Assembly (NCBI GenBank): GCA_043808325.1
Contig: JAZDEY010000059.1
Coordinates: forward strand, 11,218-75,217
Origin: Candidatus Eiseniibacteriota bacterium
GTDB lineage: Bacteria; Arandabacterota; Arandabacteria; Arandabacterales; Arandabacteraceae
DNA length: 64,000 nucleotides
Reading direction: 5' to 3'
The notes under the pieces are model-generated. The model saw only the letters and a list, made by a program, of their open reading frames with translations, was not told where the DNA came from and did no database searches. How positions within the stretch are numbered: position 1 is the stretch's first letter; each line of letters starts with the position of its first letter. The translations under genes and the position numbers were made by a program. Shown one piece after another: positions 38,089-46,854 of the stretch.

Positions 38089-40482
38089 TTGATCAAGTTC
38101 CAGATTACGACGATGGCGATTCTGGTGGTTTTTTGCATGCTCGGATGCGCGCCGGGCCCCAAGCCGACGATCAAGCGTTTCTACGAGGGTCTGAGAGAAC
38201 CGCTTGAGGGGCTCGACCTTTCGGGCCTCGAGGCAAGGAAGATCGTGATCGATCCCGGACACGGAGGCGCGTTCCGAGGCGCCCGTGGAATCTCGGGCAC
38301 GGATGAGGCCGACGTCAATCTCGGCGTGGCGCTTCACCTGGCGGCTCTGCTTGAGAAAGCCGGAGCCCGGGTCACGCTCACGCGAAGGATCGACATGGAT
38401 TTCGTGGGCGGTGATTCACTTCGCCTCAGGGACGATCTTCGGGCGCGTGTCGAGATTGCCGGCAAGATCGATCCCGACGTTTTCATATCGCTTCATCACA
38501 ACGCCGACCTCCGGCGCGATCCAGCCTTCAATGAGGTCCAGGTCTACTACAAGTTCGGCGACGACGGGCCGTCGCTGGACATTGCTCGAGCGATCGCGCG
38601 GCACCTTCTTCAGAATCTCGGCGAGGACACGGGCCGGATCGTGGCCGGCAATTACTACGTGCTGAGGAACCTCGCTTGCCCTGCTGTCCTGTGCGAGCCG
38701 TCGTTCATCACCAATCCCGAAGTTGAGAATGAGATCAAGATTGCCGAGAAGCAATGGCTCGAGGCAGCCGCCTATTTTCTTGGGATAGTGGATTACTTCT
38801 CCAGGGGAGTGCCGCAGATAGTGAGAGTCGCGCCGGCCGGGGAAGCCAAGAGCGAACTGCCGACGATCGAGGTCGTGTTCGACGATAAGACCATAGTTGA
38901 TGTCTCGACTGTCGACATCCGGATCGATGATGAGAGCCTGCAGGCGGCGCGGGCCTTTCTCAATCGCTTTGTGGCAGCACCTGCGGTCCCTCTGAGAGGC
39001 GGAAAACACACGATCCGCGCGAGCGGCAGAGCCTTCAGCGGGAACGCGAGCCGCAAGGCAACCTCCCGATTCCAGGTTCACACCGACCCCGCCCTTATTG
39101 AGGTCATGGTCGATCCCGAGGTCCCGGCGGAAGGCTATCCGCAGAAGGTGACAGCCCTTGTCCTTGATCACAACTGCAATCCTGTCGCGGATTCTACTTC
39201 GGCCGTCTTCTCGTGGAAGACCGGGTCTACGACCCGAGCGACGAGATCAGGAAGAGCTTCGGTTTTCGTGGGCAGGGATCTTCCTTTGAGGGAAAAGGAG
39301 ATCGCCGTGAAGTGTGGCGGCCTTGCGGCAACCATGAAGCTTGGTGCAAGCCTCCCTCCTGCCTCGCCGACAGCTTCAAGAGCCAACGAGAAAGAGCCTT
39401 CGCCATCTCAGCCCGGGGCCGGCGGGAGTATACCTCACTACATCTCGGGCTTCGTTGTCGATAGTGAGGGCGAACCTCTTAGAGGAGCGACGGTTGTCGG
39501 TCGCGGCGAGGATATCAAACCCGAAACTTCGCCTGCCGCCGTCGATAGCGCTTCCGGCAGATCTGCCGCCACCGACGAGGACGGCTTCTTTGTGATCGCC
39601 TCCGAAGAGAAGATCCATGCCCTGAGCGCCTCCAAGCTCGGGTTCAAAACAAGCTCCGCACGTCTCGACGATACGCACTACCCGACAATCCGCCTTGACG
39701 GATTCTATCGCGGCCTTGCCCGCGACATTTCCGTGGCAATAGATGCCGAGGGTGGTGGCGAGGCAACCGGTTGGGTCGGTCCCACCGGTATCACGGCGTC
39801 GAATCTGAATCTTGCTGTGGCCAAGAAACTCCAGAGGCTGCTGCAATCTGTGGGCATCAACGCGCATGTCACGCGAGAGAGTGACCGGAACGTTGCCAAG
39901 GAAGAGCGGGTGGCCGAGGTTGAATCTCACCCGTCCGCCCTGCTGATCTCCGTTGCCCACGAGGTCGGCGAAACCCAAGGGGCGGTGGTCGGCCGCTACC
40001 CGACAAGCACCGGTGGAGCTAGCCTTTCCAAGTTTCTCCAGGAGGAGATGAAGTCCTCATTCGGCTATGAGGTTCCGGTAGCTGACAACGCTGAATACGT
40101 CATACGGCAGACCAGCTGCCCCGCAGTCAAGATCACCTTTGTTGCTCCGCGAACCATCGGCGAGGATGCGGTGCTCTCAGAACCTCACCAAGTGTGGATG
40201 CGCTCCTACGCCCTGCTATGCTCAATCCTTCGATTCCTCGGCCTCGACGAAAAGGCCACGTTCTCCGTCCGGGGGCGCGTTACCGAGGCGGGCATGCCGG
40301 GTGAGGGCGTTCTTGTCATTGTGGACGGCACATTGGAAACCACAACGGACGCCAACGGGGAATTCGACTTGCGTCTTCTGGAAAACTGCCCTCACACCGC
40401 GCGCATCTTCCCAAGATCAGGAAGGGCGAGCAGCATCGCTTTCGATGAGAAGACAGGTTCAATCCGGGTCGACCTGGATTGA
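38089..40482 (+). CDS. N-acetylmuramoyl-L-alanine amidase (Amidase_3) lipoprotein with Ig-like domains and a second degenerate amidase domain
   Basis: Lipobox-like MLGC; IVIDPGHGG, E, LTR, SLHHNA and VLCEPSFITN motifs. Later carboxypeptidase-regulatory-like segments and a VAIDAEGGG...HVTRESD...CPAV repeat. The only + strand gene. Confidence 0.85.
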   Translation: MIKFQITTMAILVVFCMLGCAPGPKPTIKRFYEGLREPLEGLDLSGLEARKIVIDPGHGGAFRGARGISGTDEADVNLGVALHLAALLEKAGARVTLTRRIDMDFVGGDSLRLRDDLRARVEIAGKIDPDVFISLHHNADLRRDPAFNEVQVYYKFGDDGPSLDIARAIARHLLQNLGEDTGRIVAGNYYVLRNLACPAVLCEPSFITNPEVENEIKIAEKQWLEAAAYFLGIVDYFSRGVPQIVRVAPAGEAKSELPTIEVVFDDKTIVDVSTVDIRIDDESLQAARAFLNRFVAAPAVPLRGGKHTIRASGRAFSGNASRKATSRFQVHTDPALIEVMVDPEVPAEGYPQKVTALVLDHNCNPVADSTSAVFSWKTGSTTRATRSGRASVFVGRDLPLREKEIAVKCGGLAATMKLGASLPPASPTASRANEKEPSPSQPGAGGSIPHYISGFVVDSEGEPLRGATVVGRGEDIKPETSPAAVDSASGRSAATDEDGFFVIASEEKIHALSASKLGFKTSSARLDDTHYPTIRLDGFYRGLARDISVAIDAEGGGEATGWVGPTGITASNLNLAVAKKLQRLLQSVGINAHVTRESDRNVAKEERVAEVESHPSALLISVAHEVGETQGAVVGRYPTSTGGASLSKFLQEEMKSSFGYEVPVADNAEYVIRQTSCPAVKITFVAPRTIGEDAVLSEPHQVWMRSYALLCSILRFLGLDEKATFSVRGRVTEAGMPGEGVLVIVDGTLETTTDANGEFDLRLLENCPHTARIFPRSGRASSIAFDEKTGSIRVDLD

Positions 40483-40537
40483 CAAGCCGATTCCTACATC
40501 CACATACCGGCCGGATTGGCACAACGGACCCTGAGGG

Positions 40538-41233
40538 TCATTGGTGTTCGACGCGCTTCCTCTTGAGAACTTTCCTCATGACCGTGATGAGGCCAACAAT
40601 CACGAAAACGACGAAGATGACAAGCAGAACCCAGTTAGGCATTCCTACCGCTTTGCCGAACACGGCGAGGATATAGAACCGGGGCGTGCGCGAGGTCGCA
40701 ACGGCGAGGATGTATTTCCATAGAGGATACCGGGCCAGGACGACCAAGAACCGACATGGGTAAAAGGGGATGGGCGTGAAACCGGCCACCCAGAGAACCG
40801 CGAAAGGGGCCTTCTTGAACCAAAGCAAGGTTTTGCGAACGATCCGACTCTCGAGCATTCCTTGGAGGATCTTCAGGTCCGCAACGTATTTGAACATGGT
40901 ATAATTGAGGATCTCGACCAGGATTGTGCCCGCGAGGGAAACCAGGCAGATCGTAAGCGGCGGGTGGAACCTGCTGAAATAGAGGAGAACGGGCTCAATA
41001 GGCACCGTCGCGACAATGAATTGTGCCGGAAAGCAGTAAAGGAAGAGAAACCAGAGGTTCTGGCTTGCACGGGCCGATTCTGAGCTGAGCCAGAAGACCA
41101 GGAGGCCCACAACGAAGGCCAGCTCGGCAGCGAAAATAATCGCCTTGAGCCGCGCGGACCAAGGCTTGGTCTCCGGAGCCGGGAACGTTTCCAATCCGGT
41201 CTTGCCGATTGCACCGGTCGATTCGGTCGGCAT
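40538..41233 (-). CDS. DedA/VTT (SNARE-associated, YqaA-like) membrane protein
   Basis: Hydrophobic protein with GFTPIPFY.CRF and ..SRTPRF motifs. ATG 41233 follows a GAGGTG RBS. Confidence 0.7.
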   Translation of the reverse strand: MPTESTGAIGKTGLETFPAPETKPWSARLKAIIFAAELAFVVGLLVFWLSSESARASQNLWFLFLYCFPAQFIVATVPIEPVLLYFSRFHPPLTICLVSLAGTILVEILNYTMFKYVADLKILQGMLESRIVRKTLLWFKKAPFAVLWVAGFTPIPFYPCRFLVVLARYPLWKYILAVATSRTPRFYILAVFGKAVGMPNWVLLVIFVVFVIVGLITVMRKVLKRKRVEHQ

Positions 41234-41243
41234 AAACTTCACC

Positions 41244-42209
41244 TCAGCGGCGGCGCTTAAGGTTGTCGGTGATGAGATACCGCAGCGGGCGCTCGGTCCC
41301 GGCGCGGATGCTGGTGTAGCAGTCGACGCAGGCGTTGGATTTGGAGAACCTTTGCTGCACATCCTCGAGACTACGATAGTCCCGCATGATGAGACCGCAC
41401 GGGGAAAGCGTTCCGTCGGCATTGACGATGCAGAAGCGTTCGCCGGCAAGGCAGTTCGGTAGCCCGCCATTTGTGAAATACTCGACCATCTTCCCAAAGA
41501 TGTAATCGGAGGTGGTGACGGTACCGTCGCGCTTCCTGAACTGCGATAGGCTATCCAGGACCCGCCGGAACTCGGGAAGATCCTCCTTGCGAAGCATGTA
41601 ATCCTTGTTGCCAGTGCGGAGCCACGTATAGGTGCTGAGATTCACGAGCATGCCCCAGTCGCGGGCGGTCTCAACCAGGCGGGGAATGTCGCGGAAATTG
41701 TCTCGCTGGATGACGCAGGATAGGGTTATGGCGCACTCGCCATTCTCGGCAAGATCACGGACCAAGGACTCAATCTTCCTGAAGAGGCCCGGAATGCCCC
41801 GGAACTCGTCGTGACGCTCATCGGGGTAATCGAAGGACACCGAAAACTCGTCCACACCGGCCCGGCGCAGGGCATAGTACTTCTCGCTGGTGAGCAGGGC
41901 GGCATTCGTGGTGAGAGCTATCAAGGGCTCCCGGTTTGGCTGCCCGATTTCCCGGATGATGTCCTCCAAGTCACTGCGAAGCAGCGGCTCACCGCCCGAG
42001 ACCAACGCAACCAACGGCCTGAGCTCGCGGCGCAGCTCGCCGTAGCGGCGGGGCTCGATTCTGGTCTCCTCAACCTGGCCTCCAAGATGGCAGTGCTTGC
42101 ACCGCGCGTTGCAGGCGTGGGTGACCTCAAACGAGACACAGACGGGGCGCTTCGCGAGAAGATTCGCGGCCCCGCGGCAGGCCATTGCAAGGTTGCGGGC
42201 GAGACTCAT
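41244..42209 (-). CDS. Radical SAM protein with SPASM/twitch-like C-terminus
   Basis: CNARCKHC, SGGEPLLR.D, TTNA and C-terminal CLAG..FC....G.LSPC...CVDC motifs. Confidence 0.9.
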   Translation of the reverse strand: MSLARNLAMACRGAANLLAKRPVCVSFEVTHACNARCKHCHLGGQVEETRIEPRRYGELRRELRPLVALVSGGEPLLRSDLEDIIREIGQPNREPLIALTTNAALLTSEKYYALRRAGVDEFSVSFDYPDERHDEFRGIPGLFRKIESLVRDLAENGECAITLSCVIQRDNFRDIPRLVETARDWGMLVNLSTYTWLRTGNKDYMLRKEDLPEFRRVLDSLSQFRKRDGTVTTSDYIFGKMVEYFTNGGLPNCLAGERFCIVNADGTLSPCGLIMRDYRSLEDVQQRFSKSNACVDCYTSIRAGTERPLRYLITDNLKRRR

Positions 42210-42862
42210 GCCGGGCTTCCTTCGTTTCCAGCAGGTCCACCCACCAGTGGCGGGTGCCCCGGTCTTCGATACAGGCGATAGATCGAGTAGATCTTCACCC
42301 CGATCAAGCCCGCGGCAAGGACAGAGGTCGCCACGATGGTGAGCCCAACGTGCACCTTCGGTAAGAAGATGAGCATCCCGGCGACCACGGCTGAGTTCAT
42401 AACTTTAGCTGTCCAGCTGTAGTTAAGACGAAAAACGACATCATCGACCTTGTAGAAGTAGTTAGGTGAGATGATGCCGAACTTGAAGGACTGGTTGCTC
42501 AGGTAGAAATCTATGAACGCGAAATCGACTAGGTAGATCACGACGGGCAAATAGAGGATAGGATGAAAGAAAAGGAAATTCACATAGAAGAATATGGCTT
42601 CCACCCGATCGGCGATGATGTCGATCTCTGCGCCGAAGATGGTCTCCTGCTTGAAAACGCGGGCAACCTTACCGTCCACCACATCACCGATCCAATGGAT
42701 GAGGATGCCGATGAAGTTATAGAGCTCCCGCTGCTCCGTGACGGCGAGCACAAAGAAGACGAGGCAGGCGACAAGGCGCACATATGTGAGGAGGTTGGCC
42801 TCACTGTGGAAGCTTGCGGGATCACGAGGCTTGAACCACACCGACCTGGCTTCTCGCGCCAC
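42206..42862 (-). CDS. CDP-alcohol phosphatidyltransferase family protein
   Basis: ANLLT..R plus the full signature DVVDGKVAR-x8-G-x3-D-x3-D. Confidence 0.88.
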   Translation of the reverse strand: MAREARSVWFKPRDPASFHSEANLLTYVRLVACLVFFVLAVTEQRELYNFIGILIHWIGDVVDGKVARVFKQETIFGAEIDIIADRVEAIFFYVNFLFFHPILYLPVVIYLVDFAFIDFYLSNQSFKFGIISPNYFYKVDDVVFRLNYSWTAKVMNSAVVAGMLIFLPKVHVGLTIVATSVLAAGLIGVKIYSIYRLYRRPGHPPLVGGPAGNEGSPA

Positions 42863-42911
42863 CTGCTGCAGTATCCTCCCTCATCTGAAATGAATCTGGT
42901 ATGAGGTTTCA

Positions 42912-42940
42912 TTTATACGGGGACCGGCGGCAAAAGTCAA
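42912..42940 (-). promoter_or_regulatory. sigma70 promoter for the CDP-alcohol transferase/radical SAM/DedA cassette
   Basis: TTGACT-17 nt-TATAAA, followed by a GAGGGAGG RBS. Confidence 0.7.
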
Positions 42941-43033
42941 CCCAGAATCTTGCGTGGAGAAGAGGCTTGGCACACCTTCGTTACCCCGGGTGACGCTCCA
43001 GGTGACGGCGTGAGGCCGCGGGATCATCAGGAT

Positions 43034-43660
43034 TCACCACGTATCGGCAGACATGGAAGACAAGAAATACACGAGTATGCCAACAATCTGTACCACCACT
43101 AATATGGGGGATGCCCAGCTGCCGCAGCGGACGCCCAGATACGGGCACAGGCGCGTGCCCCCGTGCCTCCGATTCACCACTTCAGTCCCCAAGGTGGCTG
43201 CGACTATGTCGCGATACGTGAGCCCAACCCCAATCGCCCCATTTAACCCGTCAGACCGTAGTACTTCCGGGATTACGTCCAGACCGACCTCGGGAGTCAA
43301 CCATCTCCGGTAGCGGAAGGCCACTCCTGCGCGCGCAGCGTCCCAGTCACCCCGAAGCACAAGGCTTCCGCCGAGCGCCGTATTCGGACTGCGGTTGAAC
43401 ATCAGACCGAGATGTGCATCCACAAACGGCACGATGTTATCGCTCTCGCCGTAGGTAAGATGGAGACCAAGGCCCGCCTCGGTCACAACAAAGGTCTTAC
43501 ACTCCGGGGCGGGATGCCCCCCCCAACACAGATCGGCATGCGCAGTCACAGGGGCAAAGACAGCACTGACTACGAGTATGGCTAGGCTGGCCTTGGTGAA
43601 CCGCCAGGGCTGCGCGGCCGAAGTCGCACTAGATCTCGAATCCCGGATCCGTCTCACCAA
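43034..43660 (-). CDS. Hypothetical exported protein, beta-strand rich, with C-terminal hydrophobic helix
   Basis: AAGGAGG RBS, signal peptide ending AHA, amphipathic beta-strands; fills the gap between neighbouring genes. Confidence 0.6.
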   Translation of the reverse strand: MVRRIRDSRSSATSAAQPWRFTKASLAILVVSAVFAPVTAHADLCWGGHPAPECKTFVVTEAGLGLHLTYGESDNIVPFVDAHLGLMFNRSPNTALGGSLVLRGDWDAARAGVAFRYRRWLTPEVGLDVIPEVLRSDGLNGAIGVGLTYRDIVAATLGTEVVNRRHGGTRLCPYLGVRCGSWASPILVVVQIVGILVYFLSSMSADTW

Positions 43661-43688
43661 ACCCTCCTTTCACGTCCTTCTTCAGAGA

Positions 43689-44210
43689 TCACCTCGCTGA
43701 GGATCTCAGATACTCCAGGGCGTATTCCGAATAGATCCTTGCGGAGTCAAGGATGGCGGCAATTTCGTCGTTGGTGAGTTCCCGCTTGAGTTTCGCAGGC
43801 ACCCCAAGGTAAAGCGTGCCGGGAGGGACGATGTCATTCTGTTTCACGAGAGAGCCCGCGCCGATCACCACGTCGGGGCCTACCACGGCCCCGTCGAGGA
43901 TCACCGATCCCATGCCTATCAGGCACCGGTCCTTCACGGTGCAGCCGTGCAAGATACAGCCGTGACCCACCGTCACATCCTCGCCGATTACCAGCGGAGT
44001 GTCTAGGTTGACGTGCAGGACGGCGTTGTCCTGGATGTTGGCGCGCCTACCGATCCGGATCGCGTTGACGTCACCGCGAGCGGATACACCGGGCCAGATG
44101 CTGGCATAATCGCCGATCTCGATCCGTCCCGTGAGGGAGGCACTCTTTGCAATGAAGACGTCTTTGCCGATCCGAGGCTTGCTATGAAGAAAGGTTTTCC
44201 AGTCTGTCAA
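43689..44210 (-). CDS. Gamma carbonic anhydrase family protein (YrdA/PaaY-like)
   Basis: RGDVN.I.IG..ANIQDN.VLH and VTVGH..ILHGC hexapeptide repeats. Confidence 0.92.
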   Translation of the reverse strand: MTDWKTFLHSKPRIGKDVFIAKSASLTGRIEIGDYASIWPGVSARGDVNAIRIGRRANIQDNAVLHVNLDTPLVIGEDVTVGHGCILHGCTVKDRCLIGMGSVILDGAVVGPDVVIGAGSLVKQNDIVPPGTLYLGVPAKLKRELTNDEIAAILDSARIYSEYALEYLRSSAR

Positions 44211-44288
44211 TCGGAGCTCCTAGGGGACGCGATCCTCAACCCGCACTCTGCAGCACGGCCCCAGGGCCGGCCCCTCCCGGACCCGAAC

Positions 44289-44768
44289 CTACAGCGGGAA
44301 TTTCCCAAAATCCTCCGGGTTTAGCTCGTCCAAATACTTCCTGAGGGCCTCGGCTCTCTCGTCCTCGCTAAGTTCTTCGGCGGGCTGCTCCCGAAGCAAC
44401 TCCTCGGCGACGAACACGGGCGCCTTGCTCTTCAGGGCCAGTGCAATCGAGTCGCTGGGCCTTGCATCTATTCCAATTATCTCCTCGCCTTTTTCAATAA
44501 AGAGCTTGGCGAAGAAGGTGTTCTCCTTAAGATCGGTGATCACTATCTTCCTGACCGCACCCTGGAGGCCATCAATTATGGTCTTCAGAAGATCATGCGT
44601 AAGCGGCCGCTGGAACTTCTGGCCCGCCAGTTCCATGGCGATCGCCCGCGCCTCAGAGCGTCCGATCCAGATGGGCAAGACACGCTTCCCGTTGACTTCC
44701 TGAAGCACCACCACCGGAGTATCGGTCCTGCCGTCGAGCGCCAGCCTCCACACTTTCATTTCTACCAC
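44289..44768 (-). CDS. Bifunctional nuclease family protein (DUF151)
   Basis: LPIWIG..EA.AI, RPLTHDL and DARPSD.IALA motifs. Confidence 0.93.
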   Translation of the reverse strand: MVEMKVWRLALDGRTDTPVVVLQEVNGKRVLPIWIGRSEARAIAMELAGQKFQRPLTHDLLKTIIDGLQGAVRKIVITDLKENTFFAKLFIEKGEEIIGIDARPSDSIALALKSKAPVFVAEELLREQPAEELSEDERAEALRKYLDELNPEDFGKFPL

Positions 44769-44792
44769 GCGGCCTACCCCTCCCGGACAACC

Positions 44793-45974
44793 TTACTTCA
44801 GGTCGGGATGCTTACCCGACCGCATGTTATCGACCATCCACTTGGCATCATCGCTCAGGTCGGTATTTGGGTACTCCGCCAGGAAATCCTTAAACTCCTT
44901 CTCGGCGGCATCGTAATCCTTGAGCTCCTCGGCCTGAGTGAAACCGATCATGAACTTGGCCTCGTAGGCCCGCTCGTCGGTCGGATATTTCTGAATGAAT
45001 TGCCGGTAGTACTTGATCTTGTCCTTACCATCGGCGGTCTCACCGGCCATCCGGAACAACTCCTCAGGAGTTGCCGGCGCTGCCGAAGCCTGCTCCGACT
45101 CCGTCATGTACACGACCTTGTACTTCGACTTCAGAGAATTGATGGTCTCATCCCGGACGGTCTTCCGCTTGGAATACGTCAGCTTCGATACTATGTCGTT
45201 CCGCGCTTCCTCCAGGCTTTTTGTGGTCTCGGGAGTGCGCTTTTCCACCCGAAGGATGTCATATCCCTTGGAGGTTTTGATCGGTTGGCTCATCTGGCCT
45301 TCCTTGAGCTCAAAGGCAGCGGCCACCAGTTCCGGCATGGCCCCCAGCCCCTTCACGTTCGCACCGCGCTGAATCGGTCCCCCGATCAAGCCGCCGCTGG
45401 ACTTGGAGGATGCATCGAGAGAGTACTTGCCGGCTTCCTGGGCGAAATCCGCACCCTTCTCGAGTCCCTTCCTTAGCTGGGCAGCTTCCTCTTTGGTCTT
45501 GACCAGGATGTGCCTGGCGGTCACGCCCTCGGGAACCATGAATTCGCTCTTGTTGGAGTTATAGTACTGCTCGACTTCGGCATCGGAAGGCACCGCCTTG
45601 GCCTCGACAACTTTGTCGTAATAAGCTCGTATCAAGAGATCCCGCCTCGTTCGTTCGAGCTCCTTACTGTATTCCTCGCTCTTATCGAGGCCCATGGCCG
45701 TAGCATCCCGATAGACCAACTCTTCCTCGATGAGGGCATCGAGCAGGCGCTTCCTGCCGTCGGGGGTACTAAGCTGCTGCTTCATAAAGGGCGGCATCTC
45801 CTGAAGCCTTGACTGCATGTCGGCCTCGGTGATCGCCTTGCTGCCGATCCTGGCGACCGTCTGACCACCGCTGCCTTTGTCCTTCCCGCAGCCGCCGAGA
45901 AAGGCCGCCAGGGCCAGCGCCGGAAGCACAAGGCCGATTGCCAATCCGATGCGAGCTAATCTCTTGGTTCCCAT
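44793..45974 (-). CDS. PpiC/parvulin-type peptidyl-prolyl isomerase lipoprotein (PrsA-like) with C-terminal TPR
   Basis: Lipobox LGGC, ARHILV, F...A..YS.D..S...GG.I and S.PIKT..GY motifs; C-terminal F..KYP / F.AEYP TPR pair. AGAAGGAGG RBS. Confidence 0.88.
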   Translation of the reverse strand: MGTKRLARIGLAIGLVLPALALAAFLGGCGKDKGSGGQTVARIGSKAITEADMQSRLQEMPPFMKQQLSTPDGRKRLLDALIEEELVYRDATAMGLDKSEEYSKELERTRRDLLIRAYYDKVVEAKAVPSDAEVEQYYNSNKSEFMVPEGVTARHILVKTKEEAAQLRKGLEKGADFAQEAGKYSLDASSKSSGGLIGGPIQRGANVKGLGAMPELVAAAFELKEGQMSQPIKTSKGYDILRVEKRTPETTKSLEEARNDIVSKLTYSKRKTVRDETINSLKSKYKVVYMTESEQASAAPATPEELFRMAGETADGKDKIKYYRQFIQKYPTDERAYEAKFMIGFTQAEELKDYDAAEKEFKDFLAEYPNTDLSDDAKWMVDNMRSGKHPDLK

Positions 45975-45997
45975 CAAACGCCTGACCCTCCTTCTTT

Positions 45998-46138
45998 CAG
46001 ACCCACTCTCATCAAACGGATTCAGCTCGGACTTCTCTCTTGCAGGCTGCGTTGCCCCCAGCCAATCATCTGAGATTAGGGTACCGCAGCCTGACTTCCA
46101 CCAGGGTGATTCCCGCAAAATGAGGCCAACGGGTCAGA
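45998..46138 (-). ncRNA. Candidate structured RNA (long imperfect rod with central internal loop), family unassigned
   Basis: Nested complementarity: GACCC/GGGTC, CTCAT/ATGAG, an imperfect CGGGAATCACCCTGG/CCGAGCTGAATCCG helix, a perfect CAGGCTGCG/CGCAGCCTG helix and an inner AATC/GATT. Strand assumed from neighbours. Confidence 0.45.
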
Positions 46139-46583
46139 TGGACTTCTTCACCACCCAAACCTTGACCTTGGCCTCAACATCCGCGTGGAGCCTTACCGTG
46201 ATGGTATAGACGCCGAGGGCCTTCAGAGGTTCGTCGATCACGATCTTGCGCTTGTCGATGTCGAAGCCCTGGGCTTTCAGGAGCTCGCCAACGTCGGCGC
46301 TGGTGACCGACCCAAAAACGCGGTCATCTTCGCCGGCCTGGACTTCGGCGGTGCACGAAACCTTGTTCAAGGCCTTGGCAAGTTCCTCAGCCTCCCTATG
46401 GACCTTAATCTCCCGCACGGTCCGCATCTTCTCCGCCTGCTCGAGCATCTTGACACCCCGTGGCGTGGCCGGCAGAGCAAGCTTCCGCGGAAGCAAGTAG
46501 TTCCTGGCAAAGCCGTCCTTGACCGCGATCCTTTCGCCTCGCTTGCCCAGATCTTTAACGTCCTCAAGCAATATCAGTTCCAT
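46134..46583 (-). CDS. rplI: 50S ribosomal protein L9
   Basis: MELILLEDV..LG..G, VKDGFARNYLLP and FGSVT motifs. Confidence 0.98.
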   Translation of the reverse strand: MELILLEDVKDLGKRGERIAVKDGFARNYLLPRKLALPATPRGVKMLEQAEKMRTVREIKVHREAEELAKALNKVSCTAEVQAGEDDRVFGSVTSADVGELLKAQGFDIDKRKIVIDEPLKALGVYTITVRLHADVEAKVKVWVVKKSI

Positions 46584-46595
46584 CCGGGGCCTCCC

Positions 46596-46829
46596 CTACC
46601 TAAACTGTTCTGAGGTGAAAGGAATTATGCCGGCGTGCCTTGCCCGCTTGATCGCCCGGGTCAGTACCCGCTGGTGCTTAGCGCAGGTCCCCGATATCCT
46701 CCGGGGCACGATCTTGCCGCGGTCGGTTATGAAACGGGACAGCCTCCGGTCCTCCTTGTAGTCGATCATGGTCTCGTCGTGAGCGCAGAACCTGCAAACT
46801 TTCCTCCGTCGTCTTTCTTCCCTCGGCAT
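46596..46829 (-). CDS. rpsR: 30S ribosomal protein S18 (Zn-binding type)
   Basis: [12 protein letters not shown] and [17 protein letters not shown] motifs. Confidence 0.98.
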   Translation of the reverse strand: MPREERRRRKVCRFCAHDETMIDYKEDRRLSRFITDRGKIVPRRISGTCAKHQRVLTRAIKRARHAGIIPFTSEQFR

Positions 46830-46854
46830 CTATTACCTCCACTATAATCGGCCG

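Noticed and set aside
37941-38174. Apparent N-terminal extensions in the ORF track (selA, pth, ribE, PpiC and several GTs)
   Set aside because: Artefacts of choosing the farthest start codon; downstream starts have an RBS and match family N-termini.
46065-46120. TPP-like (CTGAGA...TACC...CCTGA, + strand) and cobalamin-like (GGGAA...GGTGGAAGTC, - strand) fragments in the rplI downstream gap
   Set aside because: The other required helices and conserved segments are missing and the gene context does not fit; kept only as an unassigned structured RNA.
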